From positions 10,075-74,074 of IMG/VR virus record IMGVR_UViG_2623620477_000001: a DNA stretch of 64,000 nt. One strand, given 5' to 3'. Origin of the DNA: a virus. Taxonomy: Duplodnaviria; Caudoviricetes. Below, piece after piece: positions 11,226 through 18,872 of this stretch. A program made the translations under genes and the position numbers. Every line of letters starts with the position of its first letter. Positions within the stretch are counted from its first letter, which is position 1. The notes under the pieces were generated by a model. That model was not told where the DNA came from. It saw only the letters and a list, made by a program, of their open reading frames with translations, and did not search any database.

Positions 11226-11298
11226 TAGCGGAGGAGGGATTCGAACCCCCGACATTGTGGCAAGCGCCCACCTAAGCTACCAACTGCTTCACTCCGCG
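11226..11298 (-). tRNA. Initiator-type (tRNA-fMet-like) tRNA with anticodon GCU (reads AGC)
   Basis: CGCGGAG TG AAGC AGTTGGTA GCTT A GGTGG GC-GCT-TG CCACA ATGTC GGGGG TTCGAAT CCCTC CTCCGCT A (73 nt). C1xU72 mismatch, G2-C71, C3-G70, A11-U24, A73, short variable loop; anticodon at 11265-11263; CCA not encoded. Confidence 0.9.
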
Positions 11299-11417
11299 AT
11301 GTAGGAGAGTTTTTATATAGACTGCACTCACAAAAGCCATTCGGTTTAATCAGCCGATAGATTCGACATATCAAACTTGCTACGACCCATTCGGATTTTC
11401 ACAAATCAAGTCTTAGA

Positions 11418-11441
11418 AACGGCTCATTAAGGCGAGCCGTT
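11418..11441 (-). terminator. Hairpin after tail tube gene (weak terminator or processing/stability stem)
   Basis: Plus-strand AACGGCTC-N8-GAGCCGTT inverted repeat; poor U tract. Confidence 0.45.
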
Positions 11442-11447
11442 CAACCT

Positions 11448-12704
11448 TTATTCAATAGTTACTGTACAACTCTGGTTTGCACTTGCTGTTGTACTTCCTG
11501 TAGCAGAAGCATTTGTATTTGTAGCAACAACCTTGTAAACACCGCTTTCTGTTGCTGTGTAAGTAGCATCGTCTGCTTCGCTGATTGCAACATTATCCTT
11601 GTACCACTGATAACTGATTGTTCCACCGTCTGTTACTGTTGCAGTACCGTCAAGTGTTACTGATGTTTCATCAGTAGTATCTTCCAACTCATTTGTGAAA
11701 GTTGGTGTTTCAGCATCTACTGGTGTTTCAGCAGTCACAACGTCTTTCTCAAGTTTCAAGTCAGTAGCACTGTTTACCTTGAATGGAACAGAGAACTGCA
11801 ATTTGTTTCCGTTCTTGCTTTCTGTTGGAGCACCAAGGTGAACGTTCAAAGTAAGTGTGTAAGAGTAAGTTATTTCTCCAACTGTTCTTTCTACCTTTAC
11901 CTGTAATACCTTGTCCTTTCCGTCTACTGCATCGTTGTAAATCTCATGTCCGAGTTCATCAACGTTATAAACATCGAATGTTCCTTCAATTACGAAGTCT
12001 CCAAGAGAGTTCTCAATTGATTCTTCTTCAAACAGAGCAGGTGTTCTTTCGAGGTTGTTGTTGATTGTGATATTCATACTTGGTGACTGACGAACAGCCA
12101 CAAGTGATGATGTAGTATCACCGTATTTCAACCAACCTTTCTTTGTAAGGAATGATTTTCCTGTATTTGCACTTCCATAAGTAACAGTTCTGTTATCATA
12201 AGAAGTAGGCTCGGAAAATACTTTCTTAGGGTTATTAGAACCCATAAGATTCCAAGTCAGTTTTACAAAGGCATCAGTCGCAAAGTCCATTGTGAGTTGG
12301 TTTACATACATTTTTGTGTACATCTGCCAAGCAAGCGGTGTCTGTGGATATTTCTTAACCATTAAGAAAGCCTTTACAGCATCACCAAGAGTAAGTGAAC
12401 TTTTTCCGTTGTTTGGTGTTGTCCAATCGTTACAGAAAGCACCCGCGAACAAATCATCCTGTTCACCGTCTACATTCCATTCTGTTCCAATATCACCAGC
12501 ATTTGATTCTGTGCCGACTTCTGGGGTTGAAGGAATACGTGAATCAGGCAGAATAATATCTGATGCGATTTCTTCCGATGTTCCTGCAACCGAATTGTCT
12601 GATACACGTCTTGGAGTAAGTGCAATTGCACCACTTCCCGAAGTAATCAAACCAAGATAGGTTGTAAAATAAGTCTTAATTTTGTTTGTAATAGCGTTAC
12701 TGCT
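11448..12704 (-). CDS. Major tail tube protein with C-terminal Ig-like domain, AGC start (418 aa)
   Basis: Tube-type sequence (SEEIASD...GDIGTEW...ITINNNLE) plus ISYQWYKDNVAISEADDATYTA..GVYKVVATN Ig domain; (M)SNAITNKIK N-terminus from AGC. Confidence 0.88.
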   Translation of the reverse strand, partial: SSNAITNKIKTYFTTYLGLITSGSGAIALTPRRVSDNSVAGTSEEIASDIILPDSRIPSTPEVGTESNAGDIGTEWNVDGEQDDLFAGAFCNDWTTPNNGKSSLTLGDAVKAFLMVKKYPQTPLAWQMYTKMYVNQLTMDFATDAFVKLTWNLMGSNNPKKVFSEPTSYDNRTVTYGSANTGKSFLTKKGWLKYGDTTSSLVAVRQSPSMNITINNNLERTPALFEEESIENSLGDFVIEGTFDVYNVDELGHEIYNDAVDGKDKVLQVKVERTVGEITYSYTLTLNVHLGAPTESKNGNKLQFSVPFKVNSATDLKLEKDVVTAETPVDAETPTFTNELEDTTDETSVTLDGTATVTDGGTISYQWYKDNVAISEADDATYTATESGVYKVVATNTNASATGSTTASANQSCTVTIE

Positions 12705-12716
12705 TTGCTACTCCTT
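12702..12716 (-). promoter_or_regulatory. RBS + AGC start of tail tube gene
   Basis: AAGGAG-tagcaa-AGC AGT AAC GCT; in-frame TAG 2 codons upstream. Confidence 0.87.
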
Positions 12717-13157
12717 ATCAATATCGGCTTCCCAATCAATTGCAACTTGCAACCGATAACTGTCGCCAACACTTCCTTTTGTTGATATGTAAACCCTCAT
12801 TATGTCTACATACTCTATTTCAGCATCATTGAATAACTTTGCTATCCAACGGTACTTTTCAGATACTTCGTATTCCTTAACATCTTCTGGCGAATAAATA
12901 TCGACATACATAACTCCTGTAAACCGATACTGTGATCCGCCAATAGCAACGATTGAAGAGTCAGACGGTTCGTTGCTTAAGAAGGTTAAGTCAAACCAAC
13001 GTTTATCTTCTGGCTCTGAAAACACTCCATTTGGGAAATGTACGTTCTCGTAATCTCCACTGTTGTCGTTTTTCAAAACCAAGTATTCAATACCGCTAAA
13101 AGCATTAAGAGTTTTGAAATGGTCAAATAACTTTTCTTGTATATCTAACTCTGTCAT
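12708..13157 (-). CDS. Tail terminator-like protein
   Basis: FPNGVF..P...W.DL, G...VDIY.P pattern; synteny. Confidence 0.7.
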   Translation of the reverse strand: MTELDIQEKLFDHFKTLNAFSGIEYLVLKNDNSGDYENVHFPNGVFSEPEDKRWFDLTFLSNEPSDSSIVAIGGSQYRFTGVMYVDIYSPEDVKEYEVSEKYRWIAKLFNDAEIEYVDIMRVYISTKGSVGDSYRLQVAIDWEADIDKE

Positions 13158-13588
13158 TTCTTCACGCTCCTAACCGCGGCATTAAATATATTCTCGTTAT
13201 TCGCAAGGGTAACACCAATCATTCCGTTTGGAGCTTGCTTCGAATAACCTCCCACAGTCTTTCCACTTCCATTTTTAGGTGGATTTGGATAACCGCCGTA
13301 TTCCAACTTCTCGATATACTCAAGATTGTTGGTTATAAATATAGATTCATCTCCTTGCGGATCTGGCATCTGACTCTTTGGTTTTGGACTTTTTCTTTTC
13401 TCCTCAACCTTTCCACTCGCAGGACTTCCGACAGTTACCTGCCAATTTCCCCTTGCACGACCAGTATCAACTGGTGTCTTTCGGACTATGGAACTGTACA
13501 GAGCAAACGCATAAGACTTGCGGACTTCTTTTATTTCCACTTCTTTCGCCTTTGCATATTTTTTCAAATCCATAGACCAACTACCCAT
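13154..13588 (-). CDS. HK97 gp10-like tail completion/neck protein
   Basis: TPVDTGRARGNW, NNLEYIEKLEYG, SKQAPNGM motifs. Confidence 0.88.
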   Translation of the reverse strand: MGSWSMDLKKYAKAKEVEIKEVRKSYAFALYSSIVRKTPVDTGRARGNWQVTVGSPASGKVEEKRKSPKPKSQMPDPQGDESIFITNNLEYIEKLEYGGYPNPPKNGSGKTVGGYSKQAPNGMIGVTLANNENIFNAAVRSVKK

Positions 13589-13761
13589 TATTTCTTTCTC
13601 CTATGAAATAATATCTTCATAGCAAATAAGAATCGGTATTTGAACGAACTGTTCAGAAGTTCTCTTGCCAAATCTTCGGCAACCTTCTTCTTGCTGACTG
13701 CATAATTACTTGCAATCTCGTTCATCTACTTTCTTACTTGTCTAGCCTGTTTGCCACTCAT
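13588..13761 (-). pseudogene. Small basic ORF interrupted by in-frame TAG (or stop-restart pair)
   Basis: GAGGT-aat-ATG; MSGKQARQVRK*MNEIASNYAVSKKKVAEDLARELL...RRKK; terminal TAA overlaps the next ATG. Confidence 0.5.
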
Positions 13762-13762
13762 A

Positions 13763-14110
13763 TTACCTCGCGTGAATCATCACGAATATATCTACAGAAC
13801 CGTCTACATTCATAGGGTCTGCATTAAGTACTGTATAATTTCTGCCACCAAAATTTACTGTATCATTTGTTACAGGTCTTTTTGGTAACTGCGCCATAAA
13901 CAGAGCATCACCGTATTTTACGTTTGTTCCGTCTATGTCTTTAATAGAGAAACTTCTCTGAATCGCTACTCCCGAAAACTCTTCTCCGCCGTCTGTATAT
14001 GTGTTCGTAGTCTTGTCGTATATTTTATTACCCGAACGCTTTATTTTTATGGCACTTCCGTACTTATCAAGTTTGGAATATGCCTTGTTTGCATACTTGG
14101 TATAGTCCAT
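13763..14110 (-). CDS. Head-closure / head-tail joining protein
   Basis: L.KYG..I.IKR, YD..T, IDGTNVKYGD motifs; synteny. Confidence 0.75.
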   Translation of the reverse strand: MDYTKYANKAYSKLDKYGSAIKIKRSGNKIYDKTTNTYTDGGEEFSGVAIQRSFSIKDIDGTNVKYGDALFMAQLPKRPVTNDTVNFGGRNYTVLNADPMNVDGSVDIFVMIHAR

Positions 14111-14113
14111 AGG

Positions 14114-14557
14114 CTATTTCTTTCCCTTGAACTTTCTGTCATGGTCGAACATAACACTTCTAATATCAGTAACATCTTTTACTGTAAGGTTAGCATTGTT
14201 TGGAATGAGAAGATATTTCTTACCAACTTTTGCCATTGTTCCATATTCGGTTTTAGAAGTATACTCTTTCAAACGAGTTGTTCTTCCGTTTACAACTACT
14301 AAACTTCCTTTAGTAGAACTTTCTCTATTTACAAAGTCATACTTTGCACTCAAGTCTGGAAGTTTTGAAATCACATTCTCTACCTGTGCCTGGCTTTTTA
14401 TTTTCCCCTGTTTGTATTGTTCAACGATTTCACTTGCTGTTGGAGCTTTGTTTCCTTCGTTAATATCCTTACCAGTTTCTCTGTGGAAAGCCTGTGCTAC
14501 TGATTCACCATCTTTTATATATACGTGAGTACCTTTTACGGTTATCCATCTTCCCAT
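14114..14557 (-). CDS. Hypothetical protein inserted in neck module
   Basis: 147 aa ORF with RBS; N-terminal MGRWITVKGTHVYIKDGES motif. Confidence 0.65.
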   Translation of the reverse strand: MGRWITVKGTHVYIKDGESVAQAFHRETGKDINEGNKAPTASEIVEQYKQGKIKSQAQVENVISKLPDLSAKYDFVNRESSTKGSLVVVNGRTTRLKEYTSKTEYGTMAKVGKKYLLIPNNANLTVKDVTDIRSVMFDHDRKFKGKK

Positions 14558-14559
14558 AT

Positions 14560-15078
14560 CTATACCCTCTGTACCTTACCACTAATAATAGAATGTTTAG
14601 AACCGTCTCTAAACAAGCCTCTTAATTTTGTATTGATTGAATCATAGAGTGTGGTACTTGCAATCGCTTCGGATTTATCACTCTTTGCGTAAGTAAATGA
14701 AAGTGTGGTGATTGTTTCTGATGTAACATCACCATTCTCATTCTTTGTTTGAAATAATTCAGTACCTTTTGATACAAGAATTGCGGCGTCACATACTGCC
14801 TGTTTAAGACAAGTTGGAACTCCAACAACATCCTGCCCTTCATAATCTTTAAGTTCAATTCTTGGGAATCTTAAAGACTGTTCTGTGTGAGCCTTTTTTC
14901 CGTACCACTGATAGATGTTATCTATGAAGTCAGTAGCACGGATTAAAGACTGTTCTTTCTTACTGTTTGTAAGAGAATCCCACCCTGTAACGCCACGGTC
15001 TGAAAAATAATCATTTGCAAACTCGACAGTTACATAACTATCTGCGTTATATTTTCCTGTTCCATCTTCAACAATCAT
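14560..15078 (-). CDS. Head-tail adaptor (DnaT-like family)
   Basis: MIVEDGTG..NADSYVTV..A..YF..RG, LIRATDFID, Q.L.FPR motifs. Confidence 0.85.
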   Translation of the reverse strand: MIVEDGTGKYNADSYVTVEFANDYFSDRGVTGWDSLTNSKKEQSLIRATDFIDNIYQWYGKKAHTEQSLRFPRIELKDYEGQDVVGVPTCLKQAVCDAAILVSKGTELFQTKNENGDVTSETITTLSFTYAKSDKSEAIASTTLYDSINTKLRGLFRDGSKHSIISGKVQRV

Positions 15079-15093
15079 TTTTCAGTCCTCTTT

Positions 15094-15267
15094 CTACTGG
15101 CGTTTTGTTTTAGCCTGTGATTTTGATTCACCTTCTGCTTCGTCTTTCTTTGCCTTTGGTTCATCTTCTACGAAGTTGTACCCCTGTGCTTTAGCCGTTG
15201 CGATAGTTTCAGGTGAATCATAAATGTCGGCAATAATATTGCCTTTGAACATCTTTACTGTTGCCAT
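15094..15267 (-). CDS. Small hypothetical protein after capsid gene (57 aa)
   Basis: AGGAG-ttttta-ATG; MATVKMFKGNIIADIYDSPETIATAKAQGYNFVEDEPKAKK...; below the ORF-track cutoff. Confidence 0.7.
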   Translation of the reverse strand: MATVKMFKGNIIADIYDSPETIATAKAQGYNFVEDEPKAKKDEAEGESKSQAKTKRQ

Positions 15268-15279
15268 TAAAAACTCCTA

Positions 15280-15301
15280 GACCGCCTCTTTCGAGACGGT
15301 C
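15280..15301 (-). terminator. GAAA-tetraloop hairpin after capsid gene
   Basis: GACCGTCTC-GAAA-GAGGCGGTC with one G.U pair; no clean U tract. Confidence 0.5.
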
Positions 15302-15307
15302 GGAAAG

Positions 15308-16447
15308 CTAGCCGAGAAGTGCGATAGAGTTCTCTGGCTTAATATTCTTGAATCCCCAAGCAGTACCGATTGTAACGGTTGTCTGATATGGAGCACCCCA
15401 AACAGCAAGTTCGTATGGAATACCTGTAAGTGGGTCTGTGATAATTGCACGGTCAAGTGCATTATCTCCCTTACTTGGTACGAATGGAACACGGCTTGCC
15501 ATAATGATAGAACCACGAGAGAATACGCTGTTTGGAGCGTAATTCTGTACAGTGATTGCAGCATCATTAGCAACGTCTGCTTTAAGAGCAGTCTGCAGTT
15601 TAAGAGTTGTTCCACCTGTAGCAACATCTTCTGCAACAGCATAGAGAGTTGTGTCAGAACCGAACTTAACAAGGTCACCCTTCTTGAATGTACCTTCACC
15701 TGTGTCCATTGTAACCTGTGTTGCACCTTCTGATGCTCCACCGTTTACAAGGTAGCCACTTGCAGTACCCTTTGCGTGACGCATACCTGCTGATTCGCGG
15801 ATTGTGAATCCGAACAAATCACCAAGAATACCACGGCGGAGAAGGTCTCCTGTACCTGCTTCATTAACCTTCTGCAAGTGTTCAATATTGCGGAGGTTAC
15901 GACCAGATGTTGTATTAAGGATAGCCTGTAATTCTCCAAGAGGAGCACCAACATCTTCGAGGTTCTTAAGAGCATCTGTAAGAATGCTTGTGTTTGATGC
16001 AAATGGATTTGTACCAATTGTACCAAGTACACTTCCCTCGTTTACAGCAGAGATAACTGCCTCTTCACAAGCGTCTGCTTCCATTTCATTACGAAGTCCG
16101 CGGATTCTCTGTGCATACTGTTCAACCTGAATTGGGTCAAGCATACCAGAACCACTAACGCCAGCCTCGCCTTCTCCTGTCCAAACGATAGGCTTACCAC
16201 GACGGATCTTCTGGATTGTTACACCTACTGTCTCGATTGTATCGAGGTCTGCTGTAGGAGTTACACCTTCTCTGATATCCTCGTTATCTCCCATAGGAGT
16301 AATTGGGATTTCAACCATCTGTCCTTTCTTAACAGAACTTGCCTTTGCACTGATGATAGTTGCAGGAATCATACCGATTGGCTCTGCATTTACCTTATTC
16401 AATGCTTCATAAAATACTGGAATTACCGAGTCTAATTCGTGTGCGCT
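15308..16447 (-). CDS. Major capsid protein (P22 coat-like), AGC start (379 aa)
   Basis: KGQMVEIP, LLRRGILGDLFGFTIRES, ITDPLTGIPYE, AWGFKNIKPENSIALLG; extension to AGC gives (M)AHELDSVIPVFYEALNKV, a family-like N-terminus; follows scaffold gene. Confidence 0.92.
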   Translation of the reverse strand, partial: SAHELDSVIPVFYEALNKVNAEPIGMIPATIISAKASSVKKGQMVEIPITPMGDNEDIREGVTPTADLDTIETVGVTIQKIRRGKPIVWTGEGEAGVSGSGMLDPIQVEQYAQRIRGLRNEMEADACEEAVISAVNEGSVLGTIGTNPFASNTSILTDALKNLEDVGAPLGELQAILNTTSGRNLRNIEHLQKVNEAGTGDLLRRGILGDLFGFTIRESAGMRHAKGTASGYLVNGGASEGATQVTMDTGEGTFKKGDLVKFGSDTTLYAVAEDVATGGTTLKLQTALKADVANDAAITVQNYAPNSVFSRGSIIMASRVPFVPSKGDNALDRAIITDPLTGIPYELAVWGAPYQTTVTIGTAWGFKNIKPENSIALLG

Positions 16448-16459
16448 TAGCGTCTCCTT
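16445..16459 (-). promoter_or_regulatory. RBS + AGC start of major capsid gene
   Basis: AAGGAG-acgcta-AGC GCA CAC GAA; in-frame TAA 5 codons upstream. Confidence 0.88.
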
Positions 16460-16470
16460 TTATTGAAGGT

Positions 16471-17205
16471 TTACCCTTCGATTTTTCCACCCTTTCTAAA
16501 GAAGTCCTGTACTGCGGTTGGATTTTCAGCCTGCATCTTACTGAACTCTTCACGGGTCATTGTTTTAGCACCCGACTGAACGCCTGTATCACCCCTTGCT
16601 CCGCCTCCTGTAGAAGTGTTTGCAATATAGGCTTTACCTTCTGGTGTCATACTGAATGCCTTAATAACATCCTCAACAGAACGATTGTCCTTGTTAAGGA
16701 ACTTAATACCACCGTCTACTTCTGTCGGTTCGAAGCTGTTCAACATTCGAATACGAGCAATGAAACCTTCTTTGAGACCAGGGACGAACTCAAGTCCTTC
16801 AAGCCCTTTCTCAAATGCCTTTTCCTCAAGTGATGAAATGTGCTGTGCCAAGTAGTAATCACGCTGTTTTGTAATTTCCTCGATGTCACCATCGAACTTG
16901 GTCTGCATTTCAGCAAGTTTAGTGTTGTAATACTCCTCTGCTTTCTTGTCGCCTGCAGTTGCTTTTTCAAGCAATCCATTCAGTTCGGCAATCTTAGATT
17001 CGTACCCACTCTTCTCTGTTTCGAAACTAGCAATCTGTTCTTTGAACTTCTGCTCTTTTCCCAACAATTCATCACGCTTTTTTACCAATCCGACTGTAGC
17101 CGCATTAGTATCAGCCTCGTGTTCGGCAAGAATCTGCTTAATTTTATCTTCAGCAGACACTTCCTCGTTTCCCAACAATCCCGTCAGAAACTCTTCATTT
17201 AACAT
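16471..17205 (-). CDS. Head scaffolding protein
   Basis: Acidic coiled coil (GLVKKRDELLGK), STGGGA, C-terminal MTREEFSKM...FFRKGGKIEG; just upstream of capsid gene. Confidence 0.85.
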   Translation of the reverse strand: MLNEEFLTGLLGNEEVSAEDKIKQILAEHEADTNAATVGLVKKRDELLGKEQKFKEQIASFETEKSGYESKIAELNGLLEKATAGDKKAEEYYNTKLAEMQTKFDGDIEEITKQRDYYLAQHISSLEEKAFEKGLEGLEFVPGLKEGFIARIRMLNSFEPTEVDGGIKFLNKDNRSVEDVIKAFSMTPEGKAYIANTSTGGGARGDTGVQSGAKTMTREEFSKMQAENPTAVQDFFRKGGKIEG

Positions 17206-17284
17206 AGATTTTTTCTCCCATTAGGATAAGATATGATTTTTCGGCTTTGCCTATGCCTGTGGCAATTCTTCATTTCTACCTACA

Positions 17285-17330
17285 ATAATAAATCCACATA
17301 TTTCATTTGTCAATAGTTCGCACGTGCGAA
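17285..17330 (-). promoter_or_regulatory. Sigma70 promoter for head operon with palindrome abutting -35
   Basis: TTCGCACGTGCGAA-cta-TTGACA-17nt-TATTAT. Confidence 0.75.
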
Positions 17331-17334
17331 GAAT

Positions 17335-17361
17335 AAAAGAGGCGGACTTTTACATCCGCCT
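17335..17361 (-). terminator. Rho-independent terminator
   Basis: AGGCGGA-N8-TCCGCCT followed by CTTTT. Confidence 0.65.
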
Positions 17362-17378
17362 TTAAATAGTTTTTTCTC

Positions 17379-18377
17379 CTATTCTGATATCTGCCACAGA
17401 GTAAAATCTTTTGTAGAATCACGTGTATATGCTAAAGTAATTGTGGTTTCATCTCGTTCCCAACTTATTTCAAATTCGGTTTCTGAAACACGTGTATATG
17501 CATAATCGTCCATAATAAGGGTTCCTATACTGCCTGAGCCTGTGATTATATCTCCCATAAGCATTTTGGTAGTAGATGCTTCAGTTCTATCAGTAGGTGA
17601 AATATCTGCCGATAGATAACTATAAGTAAATTCTTCGGGGTATTCACTGTTTACTACTTTCCAAGCATACGCAGTAGCAGTACCACCACTAGGACTTGGA
17701 CTTAATGGAATGTCACCTTCTGAATATCTATCAAAAGTAACGTCATCAAGAGAAGGTTCATCAATAGTGATTGCATCATCTTCATAAGTAACAACTTTAT
17801 AGTCCATAGTTGGTGGACAAGGTATTCCGCCCTCACCTGAACATATAATAACAGTATCATCAACAGAAGGTGTAGGACTCGTTGTGTAAACAACATATCC
17901 GCCAGAACTTGACCAACAGTACAGTGTAGCAAGGTCTCCACTTCCTCCGCTTGGAATATTTTCAAGCGTTATAGTGGTTTTCTCCATAGCGTCTTTATTT
18001 GCAGAAGGAGTAATCTCAATAGGTTCACTGTACTGTGATACATCAATTGTTGCTGTCTTGTTTGATTCAAGTACAGGGATTCCTGCCAATGTTACCGTGG
18101 CTTTATCCATTACATCCTTGTTTGCAGACGGAGTAATTTCTACTGGTGATACATATTCTGAAACGTCAATTGTGGCAGTTTTATTTGTTTCGTGTACTGG
18201 GAGCGGTACAGCGGTTGTAACAGTAACCCTTTCCATTCCATCCTTCCCTGTACTTGGCTGAACTACTGTTGTACCGTTCGTTGTAATGCTGACACTCTTA
18301 TTACTTTCGAGATCCGCACCGCCTTCATATTTCTGTATCTGTTTCTTTAAGAAACCTGCTAATGCAACATTATTCAT
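17379..18377 (-). CDS. Thr/Ser/acidic-rich repeat protein, probable virion decoration or fibre
   Basis: Tandem repeats NKTATIDVS.Y..P.EITPSANKD.M.K.T.TL and duplicated C-terminal units. Confidence 0.65.
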   Translation of the reverse strand: MNNVALAGFLKKQIQKYEGGADLESNKSVSITTNGTTVVQPSTGKDGMERVTVTTAVPLPVHETNKTATIDVSEYVSPVEITPSANKDVMDKATVTLAGIPVLESNKTATIDVSQYSEPIEITPSANKDAMEKTTITLENIPSGGSGDLATLYCWSSSGGYVVYTTSPTPSVDDTVIICSGEGGIPCPPTMDYKVVTYEDDAITIDEPSLDDVTFDRYSEGDIPLSPSPSGGTATAYAWKVVNSEYPEEFTYSYLSADISPTDRTEASTTKMLMGDIITGSGSIGTLIMDDYAYTRVSETEFEISWERDETTITLAYTRDSTKDFTLWQISE

Positions 18378-18387
18378 AAGTCATCTC

Positions 18388-18585
18388 CTATAGTGGATTC
18401 CAAGTCTTACTCTGACCGTGGAATACATACAAATCGCCTGTGTCCAAAACAAAAGCAGAACTTCCTGCACTGCAATCTGTTGGCAACTTTGATATATCTG
18501 CACTATACAACTGGAAGTTTTCTTGGCTATTTCCACTTCCGCCTACCGATTCAATTGAGCCTAAATCAACACCGTTTCGTATGCT
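18388..18585 (-). CDS. Hidden 65-aa protein with AGC start
   Basis: GGAGGT-agccca-AGC; (M)IRNGVDLGSIESVGGSGNSQENFQLYSADISKLPTDCSAGSSAFVLDTGDLYVFHGQSKTWNPL; its stop overlaps the RBS of the next gene; no ATG in frame. Confidence 0.8.
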   Translation of the reverse strand, partial: SIRNGVDLGSIESVGGSGNSQENFQLYSADISKLPTDCSAGSSAFVLDTGDLYVFHGQSKTWNPL

Positions 18586-18644
18586 TGGGCTACCTCCATT
18601 TAATTTGAATTATAAGACACACTTGTATTATAAACAAGCGCAAT

Positions 18645-18872
18645 TTATGAAATATGATTGTTTATCTGATTCCAACCAATCTCGTAACAATCAACAAAAC
18701 TCTGTGGTAATTCAATTTCCAATGCCTCTGACAATCTTTCTAATTTTGGCAGATTATCCTTCTCTACGTCATAACAAGATGATTTGATTCCTGTTTCTTC
18801 ATACTGCTTGAGGCTGTTCTTTATTTCCCCAATCTGATTATCTATTTTTGCCTTGAGTTCACTTTGTTTCAT
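18645..18872 (-). CDS. Small hypothetical protein (candidate immunity partner of MuF toxin)
   Basis: AAGGAG RBS; overlaps the MuF stop. Confidence 0.55.
   Translation of the reverse strand: MKQSELKAKIDNQIGEIKNSLKQYEETGIKSSCYDVEKDNLPKLERLSEALEIELPQSFVDCYEIGWNQINNHIS

Noticed and set aside
11226-11298. Ordinary elongator tRNA-Ser(GCT)
   Set aside because: No long variable arm, no G73, and a C1xU72 mismatch with A11-U24; the body is initiator-like.
13726-13728. Genome-wide amber (TAG) recoding
   Set aside because: Only one internal TAG was seen; capsid, TerL, tail terminator and others end properly at TAG, and no convincing CUA suppressor tRNA was found.
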